Below are positions 50,701-59,186 of a stretch of 64,000 bases of DNA, one piece after another. Each line of letters starts with the position of its first letter. Within the stretch, counting starts at the first letter, position 1. The stretch is from a virus. Its lineage: Duplodnaviria; Heunggongvirae; Uroviricota; Caudoviricetes. A model generated the notes under the pieces. The model saw only the letters and a program-made list of their open reading frames with translations, was not told the DNA's origin and did no database searches. The translations under genes and the position numbers were made by a program. The stretch lies in the IMG/VR virus record IMGVR_UViG_3300042892_001069; one strand, 5' to 3'.

Positions 50701-53645
50701 GATTCAAAAATACCATTATCCCTAAATTCGTCAGCAATTACACTGGCTCCCGAACCTGCGCCTGTAAACGCAAACGATGCGCCTGTATAATTTTGACCAG
50801 CGTTGCTAAATTCTAATTTGAGAAGTTTGTTAGTTGCCTCTCCAATAAATGCTGATGCTATCTGAGCATGTTGATTTCTATTATTAACAGTGCCAGTAAT
50901 AGGAACTTCAGTAAGATCAAATCCTTCAGCTACGCATCCGTAATCACCATAAGATGTATTTCCGTTAGTAGCACGAATTCTTCCGCCGTTTTCCGCAATA
51001 TATCCGCAATGACTATAATAAGCAAACACTGATACTAATTCAGTTAATGAAGAAGGACCGGTACACCACACGCCGATACCTTCGCTAATCAGCGTGGTAT
51101 AGTCGTTAGCAACAATGGATCTGTTTCCACCGTTGTGTAAAGTTCCGTCAATCTTTAATCCAACACATCCTTTTCCAAATAAGGTAACGTTTTGAGTATA
51201 TGGTGATTTAGTAGTGATGTGTACCGAAGTGTCATCTGGACCCGTTCCTGGATCTAATGATGTATATGCTCCGCCGGTTGGTCGTTTAGAACCATATGAG
51301 TTTGCCGGACCTAATCCGCCAAGTAGTCCAGTCAATGTCATGTTACGAATTCCGCAAGCGTTACGAACATAAAACATATCTTTAATTGCGTCACCGCCGT
51401 AAACGGCTGCAGACTGATCGACAGTGTCTGTTAAGGGTAGTGGAACAACGCCATTTGCTGTAAATGACACTTGGAATGTTGTTGGTGTAATTGATGAGCC
51501 AATTACATAATATGTTTGTCCGGATTCGAGTCCTGCAAACCCCCCAAGTGTTGCCGTCATTGCGCCAGCGGCATCAATTTGAGTAACAATTACTGAGCTA
51601 CCAAAGGCGGCACTGACTGTAATAGTAGCAGTTACAGAATCGTATGATTGTATATAATAGGTTGTTCCTGCTACTATGTTACCAAAAGAGGAAGGGCCAG
51701 TAAACACTACCGGCATATTAATATATGCTCCGATGGTGAATCCTAACGTAATCTTATTGCCATCTGACGATGTAGCGGTTGCTGTGGTAATAATTGTAGG
51801 AGTTACTATTTGTATGTTTATATTTGCTGTAATACCAACTGTGGTATTAACAGTAATTCTATTGGTAGACGAGCTTGAAGCTGTTGCAATACAATTAATA
51901 ACAACTGCTGGTTGAATAACCGTACCCCGCAATTCATCACCTACTAAGGCAACACCTGCCGGAATCTTAATTGGTAGTGTTTCATTGTACGTACCAGTCT
52001 TAATATTAATAGTTGCCGGGCCCACTAGTGGACCGTTTGGCTGACCAGGAGCCGGTGACCCGCCGCCCTGTTCGCAGGCGTACTTGACAGTTCTCCATGC
52101 CGTTTGAACTGTTAACCCATAATCTGGTCGGTCCGTTCCTGTTGGAGAGACATAATAAACTTTTCCAATAATTCCCCAACTATCCCATGACGGTACTGAC
52201 AGCAACGTGCTTGGCGAAATTTTTGCTTTTAATAATGCTCCGTCCACGCCAATAGCAACTGCTGCCGGGACACCTTGGTTAAATGATTGTATATCACCTT
52301 GTGTTTGCAAAGTTTCAAACTGCTCGCCTCTAACATATATGTCCCAGTTACCAGTATCAATTGTAGGCGGATTTGCTGAAAGATGTGTGTTGGTACAAAT
52401 ATATGCTGTTGAATAATATGTTACTACATCGCCGATAGTGAAAGTTGTACTAATTAACCATCGATTCATCCACTTCATGCTTGGGATAACAATTTCCCAG
52501 AACGCAGTATTATTCAATGTATCTTGATTTATACTGTCAGCAACCGCAACATATAGATAGCCACCGCGTCTTACTAGGTCACCAGTTTTATATGCTATGG
52601 CCGAGTCCCATTCATTACGAATATTATAATTCTTTACAAGTAGTGTCCAATTTACTGTACTAGTTGATGGAATGTTTGCAATATTGTTTGTAGTATTGCT
52701 AGTATACTGGTAGCCACCATAGGTAACTATATCACCTTTAATATAATAAACTGCAGCGTCCCATGCGTTGACAAACTCTAATCCAGGAACCCACACAGAA
52801 AAATTATCAGTGTTAAATCCAATGTCAGATGTATGTGAAATTACACAGATATATAAGTCAGCACCGTATTTTACAATATCATTTAATTTATATCGAGTAC
52901 TTGCGGTCCAGTATGTCTTGTATTCTATACCGTTGTGTAGTACACTCCAGTTACTAATATTAGGATCAATACCTGTAGCAAGTGTAGAGGCAGATGTATG
53001 ATTTAACGTACAAGTATATACAATTCCGCCGTATTTAACAATGTCGCCAATTTTGTATCTAGTATTAATAGCCCAGTCAGTTTTCCACTCATAACCATAA
53101 CTTAGTAAAGTCCAGTTTCCACTGTTTGCTTCTAATCCTAGCGCAGTAGTTGCCGAGGCCGTGTGTCCTAGAGTACATTTATAAATTCTACCGCTGTAAC
53201 GCACAAGGTCATTTAGTTTATATCTACGAGAAGGAGTCCAATCAGTGGTCCAATTATCACCAATAGCATACGCCGTCCATTTACTTTGATCAGATTCTAG
53301 CCCCAGTGTTACCGTCGATGCGCTAGTATGACTTTCGTTACAGATATAAACTATTCCGTTGTATCTAACATAATCACCTAGATCATAAAAAGTAGTACGT
53401 TCCCAGTTGCCTTTCCATTCGTATCCGTCAAACCATAGTACCCATTTTGGATCAGCGAGATCTGGTTGAGGCGTAGTATTAATAAATTCTAGATCAGTAT
53501 TAAAATCAGCTGACGCAGTGTGCCCCACTAAACATACATAAGATTTTCCGCTGTATCGAACAATGTCGTCTTTAGTATAGACGGTGGCGGTTGCCCAGTC
53601 TGATTTCCAAGTAAATCTAATTCTGTTTAATTTAAATTCTGCCAT
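47703..53645 (-). CDS. Giant tail fibre (1980 aa), paralog of 38606-47641
   Basis: MAEFKL.RIRF.WK; shared GNRSIVANDYTT, LTELVSVFAYY, TGHDFL.IGTG, STDQDGNF, IVPTQKAIK. Confidence 0.85.
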   Translation of the reverse strand: MAEFKLNRIRFTWKSDWATATVYTKDDIVRYSGKSYVCLVGHTASADFNTDLEFINTTPQPDLADPKWVLWFDGYEWKGNWERTTFYDLGDYVRYNGIVYICNESHTSASTVTLGLESDQSKWTAYAIGDNWTTDWTPSRRYKLNDLVRYSGRIYKCTLGHTASATTALGLEANSGNWTLLSYGYEWKTDWAINTRYKIGDIVKYGGIVYTCTLNHTSASTLATGIDPNISNWSVLHNGIEYKTYWTASTRYKLNDIVKYGADLYICVISHTSDIGFNTDNFSVWVPGLEFVNAWDAAVYYIKGDIVTYGGYQYTSNTTNNIANIPSTSTVNWTLLVKNYNIRNEWDSAIAYKTGDLVRRGGYLYVAVADSINQDTLNNTAFWEIVIPSMKWMNRWLISTTFTIGDVVTYYSTAYICTNTHLSANPPTIDTGNWDIYVRGEQFETLQTQGDIQSFNQGVPAAVAIGVDGALLKAKISPSTLLSVPSWDSWGIIGKVYYVSPTGTDRPDYGLTVQTAWRTVKYACEQGGGSPAPGQPNGPLVGPATINIKTGTYNETLPIKIPAGVALVGDELRGTVIQPAVVINCIATASSSSTNRITVNTTVGITANINIQIVTPTIITTATATSSDGNKITLGFTIGAYINMPVVFTGPSSFGNIVAGTTYYIQSYDSVTATITVSAAFGSSVIVTQIDAAGAMTATLGGFAGLESGQTYYVIGSSITPTTFQVSFTANGVVPLPLTDTVDQSAAVYGGDAIKDMFYVRNACGIRNMTLTGLLGGLGPANSYGSKRPTGGAYTSLDPGTGPDDTSVHITTKSPYTQNVTLFGKGCVGLKIDGTLHNGGNRSIVANDYTTLISEGIGVWCTGPSSLTELVSVFAYYSHCGYIAENGGRIRATNGNTSYGDYGCVAEGFDLTEVPITGTVNNRNQHAQIASAFIGEATNKLLKLEFSNAGQNYTGASFAFTGAGSGASVIADEFRDNGIFESRILGSDFSAGGSGYLTSGNQAQAGDLQTITIASNDQNTFDNYYGMRVIITSGTGVGQYGYIAYYDAVGKIVTVGKEGTTALTSSATSATNNIISVQDTTSFPVGTAVVIVPNQQNTTGFLTSRTIVNISAGYIIGTTLYVTSVTSGAIAVGMVLSGSTILANTRIEANISGFSAGSVWRLSIGQTVGTVLAPVAITGVNNLVSLTSTVNMYVGELIVFSGSTFGNIVSGTQYYINNIIGSTVAISATAGGGVFTLANATGSMSVVAGGMLGGLTTGQIYYVIAANYSLIGFAVSTVPGGTAATVTTQTVGSFMAVHAVGWENIVAGTAAVTPIDSTTVYSIEPSIRFEEPPFQAQLKGMPVGNWKSVAFGNGRFVGISTTGTSVYSLTGSDWVAGGNLPAGTWATVTFGGVNNVFVAVNSASATVAWTTDAILWNTSTSLSLTGFNAIAYGGGKFIGIAPGSTNSAGTSVDGATWATLPSPLPVTATWNSIVYGSIGTWVAITGASNNVVAYSTDGGGTWAQSTLPASINWISVAWGNGRFVAIASGSAISAYSFDGITWIQSTLPVATLWTDLHYGQGLFFAVASGTTAATSSSDGASWRSRSLPNGLAWSSITFGNPAIDLIVTPGWVALANTGSISSAYIKTGARALGRVTVASSKISSIKLWEPGSGYLTSSAPTATITDPNYTLQVVTLCRTAAGVLGNPTFISRGTGYRTSTTVVTVVNGTGFADIYQTAKFLTISGLASLPTPGAALTISGDATQYRIVVINNLGAGTVNFQIAPPLSILVAPAHGVATSIRQKYSQCRITGHDFLLIGTGNQTITNYPNVDVTTALPFQQIVENNGGRVFQTSTDQDGNFKVGNLFQVEQASGIVTISADQLSLTGLQTLSLGGFSIGTNAIVITQFSTDSFFTANSDAIVPTQKAIKSYLSRNIAGGGANAQAGAVVAGTFGVGGPNRIYSTVQGQLFVRNSMNLRKGINGTMVAKSFFHSGFGSGNQK

Positions 53646-53676
53646 TTTCTACCTCAATATTTTTAACTTAGTGTAT

Positions 53677-54036
53677 TTATATGCCGGCTGGATACGGATA
53701 TTTTGTATCGGTTCTTACGCACAATTGCCCGTTGGCATCAATATAATAGTATAAATTCCTGTTGTCCCAACGCATTTGTTCGTATTTTAAATTGTCATAT
53801 ATTAATTCATGGGTAACATCGCGACCCTCAAAAAAATCTACACCTGCTTCAAACTCAAGATAGTTACCGTCAACTGTGCCGTCGTTGTTAATCTGTACAC
53901 TATCTTCTCTGCTTAGTTGATTAATCCGAACAAAATATACTTCTCCGTCATCAGTTCTACGTAATGCGTAAAAATATTTTGGTGATCCGCCAAGTAAGTC
54001 GTTTGGTGTTCTTCCAAATTCGTAATTTTCTGCCAT
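53677..54036 (-). CDS. Hypothetical structural-module protein
   Basis: 119-aa ORF with AAGGA, packed in operon. Confidence 0.75.
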   Translation of the reverse strand: MAENYEFGRTPNDLLGGSPKYFYALRRTDDGEVYFVRINQLSREDSVQINNDGTVDGNYLEFEAGVDFFEGRDVTHELIYDNLKYEQMRWDNRNLYYYIDANGQLCVRTDTKYPYPAGI

Positions 54037-54047
54037 GTTAATTTCCT

Positions 54048-54374
54048 TTAAATAATCTCAGCATAGCTGATGACTGCATCAACACTTGCGGTAGTATCAC
54101 TAACAATACGTAGTGTACAATTTTCAGCAAGAATAATTTTCTCACCATTAGTTACTACTTTAGCACTAGTGTACGGCGCAATTACCAATTGCTTAATATA
54201 ATATCCTTCAACAGCAGTGTCGTTTATTATTTTAATATCTACAATCACATCCTCATCCTTTGTGTTTGCGAGGTTACACCCAATGATTGTAAATCTACTG
54301 GCAGCACCTGCGACTAAATCTACAGGAGTTGTTCCAATGTTTTTACTTACTGTTGTTCTAAAAAAGTTTGCCAT
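54048..54374 (-). CDS. Small virion connector-like protein
   Basis: MANFFRT..TIIGCNLAN..GEKIIL..DAVISYAEI. Confidence 0.7.
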   Translation of the reverse strand: MANFFRTTVSKNIGTTPVDLVAGAASRFTIIGCNLANTKDEDVIVDIKIINDTAVEGYYIKQLVIAPYTSAKVVTNGEKIILAENCTLRIVSDTTASVDAVISYAEII

Positions 54375-54380
54375 AATTTA

Positions 54381-57300
54381 TTATCCAAATATTAATGCTG
54401 ATGCTATACCAAGGCTGTTAGCTTCAATGGTTGTAACACCGCCAGACGCACCTGCTACACTGGTCCAAGTAACGCCGTCAAACACTTCAACAAGTTGTCC
54501 AGTAGTATTAAATCTAGTCATACCTATCTCAGTTGTTAGTGGTCGATCTAGTGAGCCGTTGCCAGATGGAATAACTACTCCGTTGGTTCCGGCAAATTTT
54601 ACATACCCTGTTCCAGTGCTGGTAAATTCTGTAACAGCGCCAGAGACCACATTAGTAACGCTATTGTTATAAATTCTTAAATTACCTAACCTAACTCCGC
54701 CGGTGCCGGTTGCTGTTAAATTTAAATCTGAGTCTGCGGTAATACTAGTAATAGTACTGCCGTTTAAATCCATATTACTTGTTTGAACTCTTTCAGCAAA
54801 CAACTTGGTACTATCAATTGTTACCATTAAGCTGTTGTCAGCATAAAAATATAACGTATTGTCGTTTGCGCCCGGGGTTGCCTCAGCAATAATCTTAGTG
54901 TTACCGTCAGTGTCTTCAACACCACTTAAGGTCTGCCAGTAACTGCCATTGTATCCTTCGTAACGATTTAAATCTGTATTAAATCGTAACATCCCACTGC
55001 CCGGGGTGCCTGGTCGATCAGTTGTGCCGTTACCCACTGGAATTTGTAAACTTTGCGTATTGTTAATAATTACATTGCCAGTGCCTTGCGGAGTAAGAAT
55101 AATGTCACTGTTAGTGGAAATACTTTGAATATTATTATCACTAACTTTGATATTTTCAATTACTACGTTGCCTAACCCGTTGGCCTGTAATTGTAAATCT
55201 GTTCCTGTCGTCGATACTGTGTTATTTTCAATTCTAACTTGCGGTAATTGTAAATATCCAGTGCTGGTTACATAGCCAGTGATGTCTAAATTGCCACTAG
55301 AAGTAAAATTACCAGTTTGTATAATGTCGCCAGTTTGCGTAATTGTACCAACAACTGTGGTATTTTTTAAGAAAGTTGTTCCTGTTGTAACTGTCAAGTT
55401 ATTGTCAACAGTTAAATTTTGATCAAACTCAACATCGTTACTTGGAACAACAATTTTTCCAGTTCCGTTTGCTGACAATATTAAATTATCATTACCAATA
55501 GTAGTGCTAATTGTATTGCTGTCAATAACTAGACCGTCAACTTCTAATCTGCTTAGATATGCGTTGTTCCAACGTAGGCTAGCAGTACCTAAATCATAAA
55601 ATGCTGTTGTAGCAGGTACAAGGTTACTGTTGATGCCCGCAACAAAGCTAATAGTGTCAGTTGTCTGATCGCCAATTTGAATGTTACCGCCAATATTTAC
55701 ATCGCCAGTTACATCTAAATTACCTGTAACAAAAGTATTATTTTGTAAATTAATTGCGCCACTAGCAGCCGTTACAATAATATCACCAGTTAGGCTGTCA
55801 ATATTATTATCGTGAATTCTGATATTGCCAGTTGTAATATCGGCTGGAGTAATTATTGTAGTGTTAACACCGTCAGTAAATGTTACACCAGTGGCACTGG
55901 TAATTGTTAATATCTGGCCGTTGAATACTACTTCGCCTGTTTTTTGGTTAACAGAAAAACCAGCTCCAACTGTAAAGTTACCTTCATTATCAACACTAGT
56001 GTGATAAATTTTTGCGCCGTTTAATTGTACAAATTCGTTAGCGGCAATTCGATCATTAGGGTCGTTAGTTAATAACTTTCCAGCACCAATATACGCAACG
56101 TTATGACTTACAAAATACCCAATAACTCCAATACCATCACCGTATACACCATAGTCACCATAGATACTAGCTGAACCGATTGATCTAACCTCAACTCCGA
56201 AGTCACTGTAGTCGGCAAAGTCAATTAATGTTGCGGTGCCACCGGCACTAGTTCTTAAGTCTTGGAATGTAATGCCATCGTCTAAAATAGTTGTAGAATT
56301 ATTGTTACCGTTAAAATGTAATAATAATACTGTACTTAGGTCGCCGGTCAGCTGTGCTGTAGGTACTGGGAATGTTGTGGTATAACGTGCTACACCTTTG
56401 CTAATTCTTACGTCATCAATGTAGCCATTAAATCCAAGAGTTCCATCAAAACGTGCGCCAATAACTAGCGGACATTGAATGTAATTAGTAATGTCGGTAT
56501 ATGTACTACCAACTTGTGTTCCATTAACAAATAATTTAGTGCTTGTTCCGTTTCTAGCAACGGCAACGTGTGTCCAAGTGTTTAATGCTATGGTGCCGCC
56601 TGATATAGCGGAAACTCCGTTTACAAAATATAGTAAGCTACCGCCGGGTTGAATATTTAAAAATGGAGCTGCTTGTGGAGTTGCTGTTCTAAAATCAAAA
56701 ATTACCTGGACAGCACTTTGGCCGCCAGTATTATAAATCCAAGATTCAATTGTAAAACTAGTTGCTGTTCCGCTAACGTCATCAGAGATGTCTGTATCCC
56801 CATGAACTAATAATTTAGTATTAAAATCGTCAACAAATGCTGTAGTAGTAGGGGTAAATGTTGCAGTATATCTTGCGGTATTGCTTACTCTAAAATCATC
56901 AATATAACCAGCAAATGCGGTTGTACCGTTGTATTGAGCGCCAACTACTAAGGGCTCTGTAGTGCCGTAGTCAGTTGCGTCAGTGTAGGTAGCGGTAGAT
57001 ACTACACCATTTATAAAGAATCTTGTTACCCCGCTAGCACGACAGATAGCAAGATGATTCCAAGCATTGTTAGTATGAGCATTACTACTTGTTAATACAA
57101 ATGCGCCATTTACAAATAATCTTAAATTGCCGCCACCGTTGGACTGAACGGCGATTGAATTTTCAGTTAATGTTGTTCTTGTATCAAACAAGTATTGTGT
57201 AGCTACTACTGTTTTATAGAACCAGCCTTCTATAGTAAAATCGCCTGTGCCAAATCCATAATCTGTATCTGTAGCAATGCTGAGATAGTCACCTGTTCCA

Positions 57301-59063
57301 TCAAAAGCAATACTACTTCCGCCAAATTTGCTTTGTGTTGCGCTGACTGAGGCATCACCGTTAACTGTAATTGTTTTAGCAATTCTTGATATAGTTGACG
57401 GAAAAGCAAAGTCAGGTTGTGTTGCTATACTGGCATAATCGCCAGTGCCGTCTAATGCTAAACTTGCTGTGCCAAATTTCTTAACTGCTGTGGAAAGTTT
57501 AGCGTTGCCTTGAGCGTATACTGTTTTTCCTGCGCGGTCAGTGATTGTTTCAAACCCTAAACATCGGCCAGTAAGATTTACATAGTTACCGTCAATACTG
57601 GTAATAGTTCCTGTGCCTAATACTGTTGTTCCGTCTGTACCATAATAAGTTACAGTGTTACCTACAGCCCATGTGCCAGTGCTAGTGTCAATGCGTAAGC
57701 GTGTTAATCCAGCACCAGCAAATCCTGCTTCACTAGAATATAAATTAAATCCTTTGTCAGCAAAATAACTAAATGAGTTTAACCACTCAATACGTACACC
57801 GTTGGTTGCTGTAACTGTTTCTTGGTTAGGTGTAAAAAATGTAACGCTATGAAATAGCATACTGGCTTCTTTACTTAATGCGTTGGCTACGCTGCCGTCA
57901 GCAAACACTCCTTTACCTGCGTCGTTTTGATCAAACCCGTAAGGATCGCTTGGGCTAGTAACACTTCCACGAGTTAAGACCGTTATGTTTTTAATGTACG
58001 GGCTACGATTAGATACTGTGAATCCTGTGGCAAAACGGAACCCATACCCAGTGTTGTTTGTACCGTTGTACCTAAATCCAGTAACGGTTAAATCTTCAAC
58101 CGTAGTCTCACCGTTGAGTAAGAACGCATCTTTGTCAACTGTTCCTGCAGTTGGCTGAATAGTAACAGCACGAATTCCAGCACCTTTAATAGCCGCCCCG
58201 GCAGGAATAGTTAGGGGGAATATCTCAGTATATACACCAGGGTAGATGTAAACAGTATCACCGGCACCAGCTAGACTTAACGCATATTTTACAGTAAGTA
58301 CTGGATTATTTTCGTGTTCGCCTGCGTTAGAGTTACTACCTGTAGTAGCAACATAATAGATATTGCCCTGTGGTAATTCTAAATTAATTCCGTTAATTGT
58401 AATCCCAGCAGTGGTAATACTAGTAGATTGAATATCAGTAGTATAAACATTAGCCCATCTCTTAAAAGTAGATCCTAAATCATATAACGGTGTATATAAC
58501 GGAGATTGGTTGTCTGGAATAATGTTACTGGCAACATCGGCTCTAAAGTCAACTGCATCGGTATTAGCATTACCAATGGTGATTAGTCCGGCCGAGTCTC
58601 CATCGACTTGTAAATTACCAGTTACGTGTAAATTACCGTCAATTAATGTATTGCTGTTAATATTTACTTGGCCTGTGCCTAGTGTGTTAAATGCTAAATC
58701 AGCATCAGTAACTGTTGTACTAATTGCGTTAGTTGTCAGTTGTAGGTTACTATTAACTTGTAGTTTACCTTGATAAACTACTGCGTTTGCGCCGCCTGGT
58801 TCTAAGTTAATAACTGAGTTTGAGCTTGCTATTGTATTGCCACTTAACGTAAATGTAGCAATTGTTGTTTGTGTATCTACTATAGCATTTGTTGAGCGGA
58901 CAGTTCCGTTGACATCTAAATCGTAGTCAGGTGTGCCAGTGTTTATACCAACGCGGCCATTATTAACATCAAGATAGAGTAGGTCTGTCTCAAAGGCTAA
59001 ATCAACTCCGTCACGAAGAAGATTGGACTTTAAGAGCGGACCTGAAATGCGACCAACAGCCAT
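54381..59063 (-). CDS. Long fibre/baseplate protein with beta-helix and two LamG-like domains; start revised to MAVGRIS
   Basis: AAGGAG before ATG 59063; DFTIEGW..WNHLA..FING..GYIDDFRVS; L.ANGTG.V repeats; GMLRFNT. Confidence 0.85.
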   Translation of the reverse strand: MAVGRISGPLLKSNLLRDGVDLAFETDLLYLDVNNGRVGINTGTPDYDLDVNGTVRSTNAIVDTQTTIATFTLSGNTIASSNSVINLEPGGANAVVYQGKLQVNSNLQLTTNAISTTVTDADLAFNTLGTGQVNINSNTLIDGNLHVTGNLQVDGDSAGLITIGNANTDAVDFRADVASNIIPDNQSPLYTPLYDLGSTFKRWANVYTTDIQSTSITTAGITINGINLELPQGNIYYVATTGSNSNAGEHENNPVLTVKYALSLAGAGDTVYIYPGVYTEIFPLTIPAGAAIKGAGIRAVTIQPTAGTVDKDAFLLNGETTVEDLTVTGFRYNGTNNTGYGFRFATGFTVSNRSPYIKNITVLTRGSVTSPSDPYGFDQNDAGKGVFADGSVANALSKEASMLFHSVTFFTPNQETVTATNGVRIEWLNSFSYFADKGFNLYSSEAGFAGAGLTRLRIDTSTGTWAVGNTVTYYGTDGTTVLGTGTITSIDGNYVNLTGRCLGFETITDRAGKTVYAQGNAKLSTAVKKFGTASLALDGTGDYASIATQPDFAFPSTISRIAKTITVNGDASVSATQSKFGGSSIAFDGTGDYLSIATDTDYGFGTGDFTIEGWFYKTVVATQYLFDTRTTLTENSIAVQSNGGGNLRLFVNGAFVLTSSNAHTNNAWNHLAICRASGVTRFFINGVVSTATYTDATDYGTTEPLVVGAQYNGTTAFAGYIDDFRVSNTARYTATFTPTTTAFVDDFNTKLLVHGDTDISDDVSGTATSFTIESWIYNTGGQSAVQVIFDFRTATPQAAPFLNIQPGGSLLYFVNGVSAISGGTIALNTWTHVAVARNGTSTKLFVNGTQVGSTYTDITNYIQCPLVIGARFDGTLGFNGYIDDVRISKGVARYTTTFPVPTAQLTGDLSTVLLLHFNGNNNSTTILDDGITFQDLRTSAGGTATLIDFADYSDFGVEVRSIGSASIYGDYGVYGDGIGVIGYFVSHNVAYIGAGKLLTNDPNDRIAANEFVQLNGAKIYHTSVDNEGNFTVGAGFSVNQKTGEVVFNGQILTITSATGVTFTDGVNTTIITPADITTGNIRIHDNNIDSLTGDIIVTAASGAINLQNNTFVTGNLDVTGDVNIGGNIQIGDQTTDTISFVAGINSNLVPATTAFYDLGTASLRWNNAYLSRLEVDGLVIDSNTISTTIGNDNLILSANGTGKIVVPSNDVEFDQNLTVDNNLTVTTGTTFLKNTTVVGTITQTGDIIQTGNFTSSGNLDITGYVTSTGYLQLPQVRIENNTVSTTGTDLQLQANGLGNVVIENIKVSDNNIQSISTNSDIILTPQGTGNVIINNTQSLQIPVGNGTTDRPGTPGSGMLRFNTDLNRYEGYNGSYWQTLSGVEDTDGNTKIIAEATPGANDNTLYFYADNSLMVTIDSTKLFAERVQTSNMDLNGSTITSITADSDLNLTATGTGGVRLGNLRIYNNSVTNVVSGAVTEFTSTGTGYVKFAGTNGVVIPSGNGSLDRPLTTEIGMTRFNTTGQLVEVFDGVTWTSVAGASGGVTTIEANSLGIASALIFG

Positions 59064-59074
59064 ATGCGCTCCTT

Positions 59075-59160
59075 TATACACCGAGTTTCACGGATAACCA
59101 CCTTGCATTGCGGGTTTACCACAGTCGAATATCGTAAAAGTTTGGTCAACTTTTACAGTA
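59075..59160 (-). promoter_or_regulatory. Candidate structured 5' leader RNA
   Basis: Three hairpins between TAAATA and the SD: 59134-59156 (perfect 9 bp), 59109-59123, 59081-59093. Confidence 0.5.
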
Positions 59161-59163
59161 ATA

Positions 59164-59186
59164 GTATTTAGTGGATTTTGGCTTTT
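59164..59186 (-). promoter_or_regulatory. Late promoter with extended element identical to 13832-13854
   Basis: gtatttagtggattttggctttt at both sites. Confidence 0.75.

Noticed and set aside
59075-59160. Hammerhead ribozyme, c-di-GMP riboswitch or terminator
   Set aside because: GAAAC present but no CUGANGA core; c-di-GMP consensus not matched by eye; no U-tract after the stems
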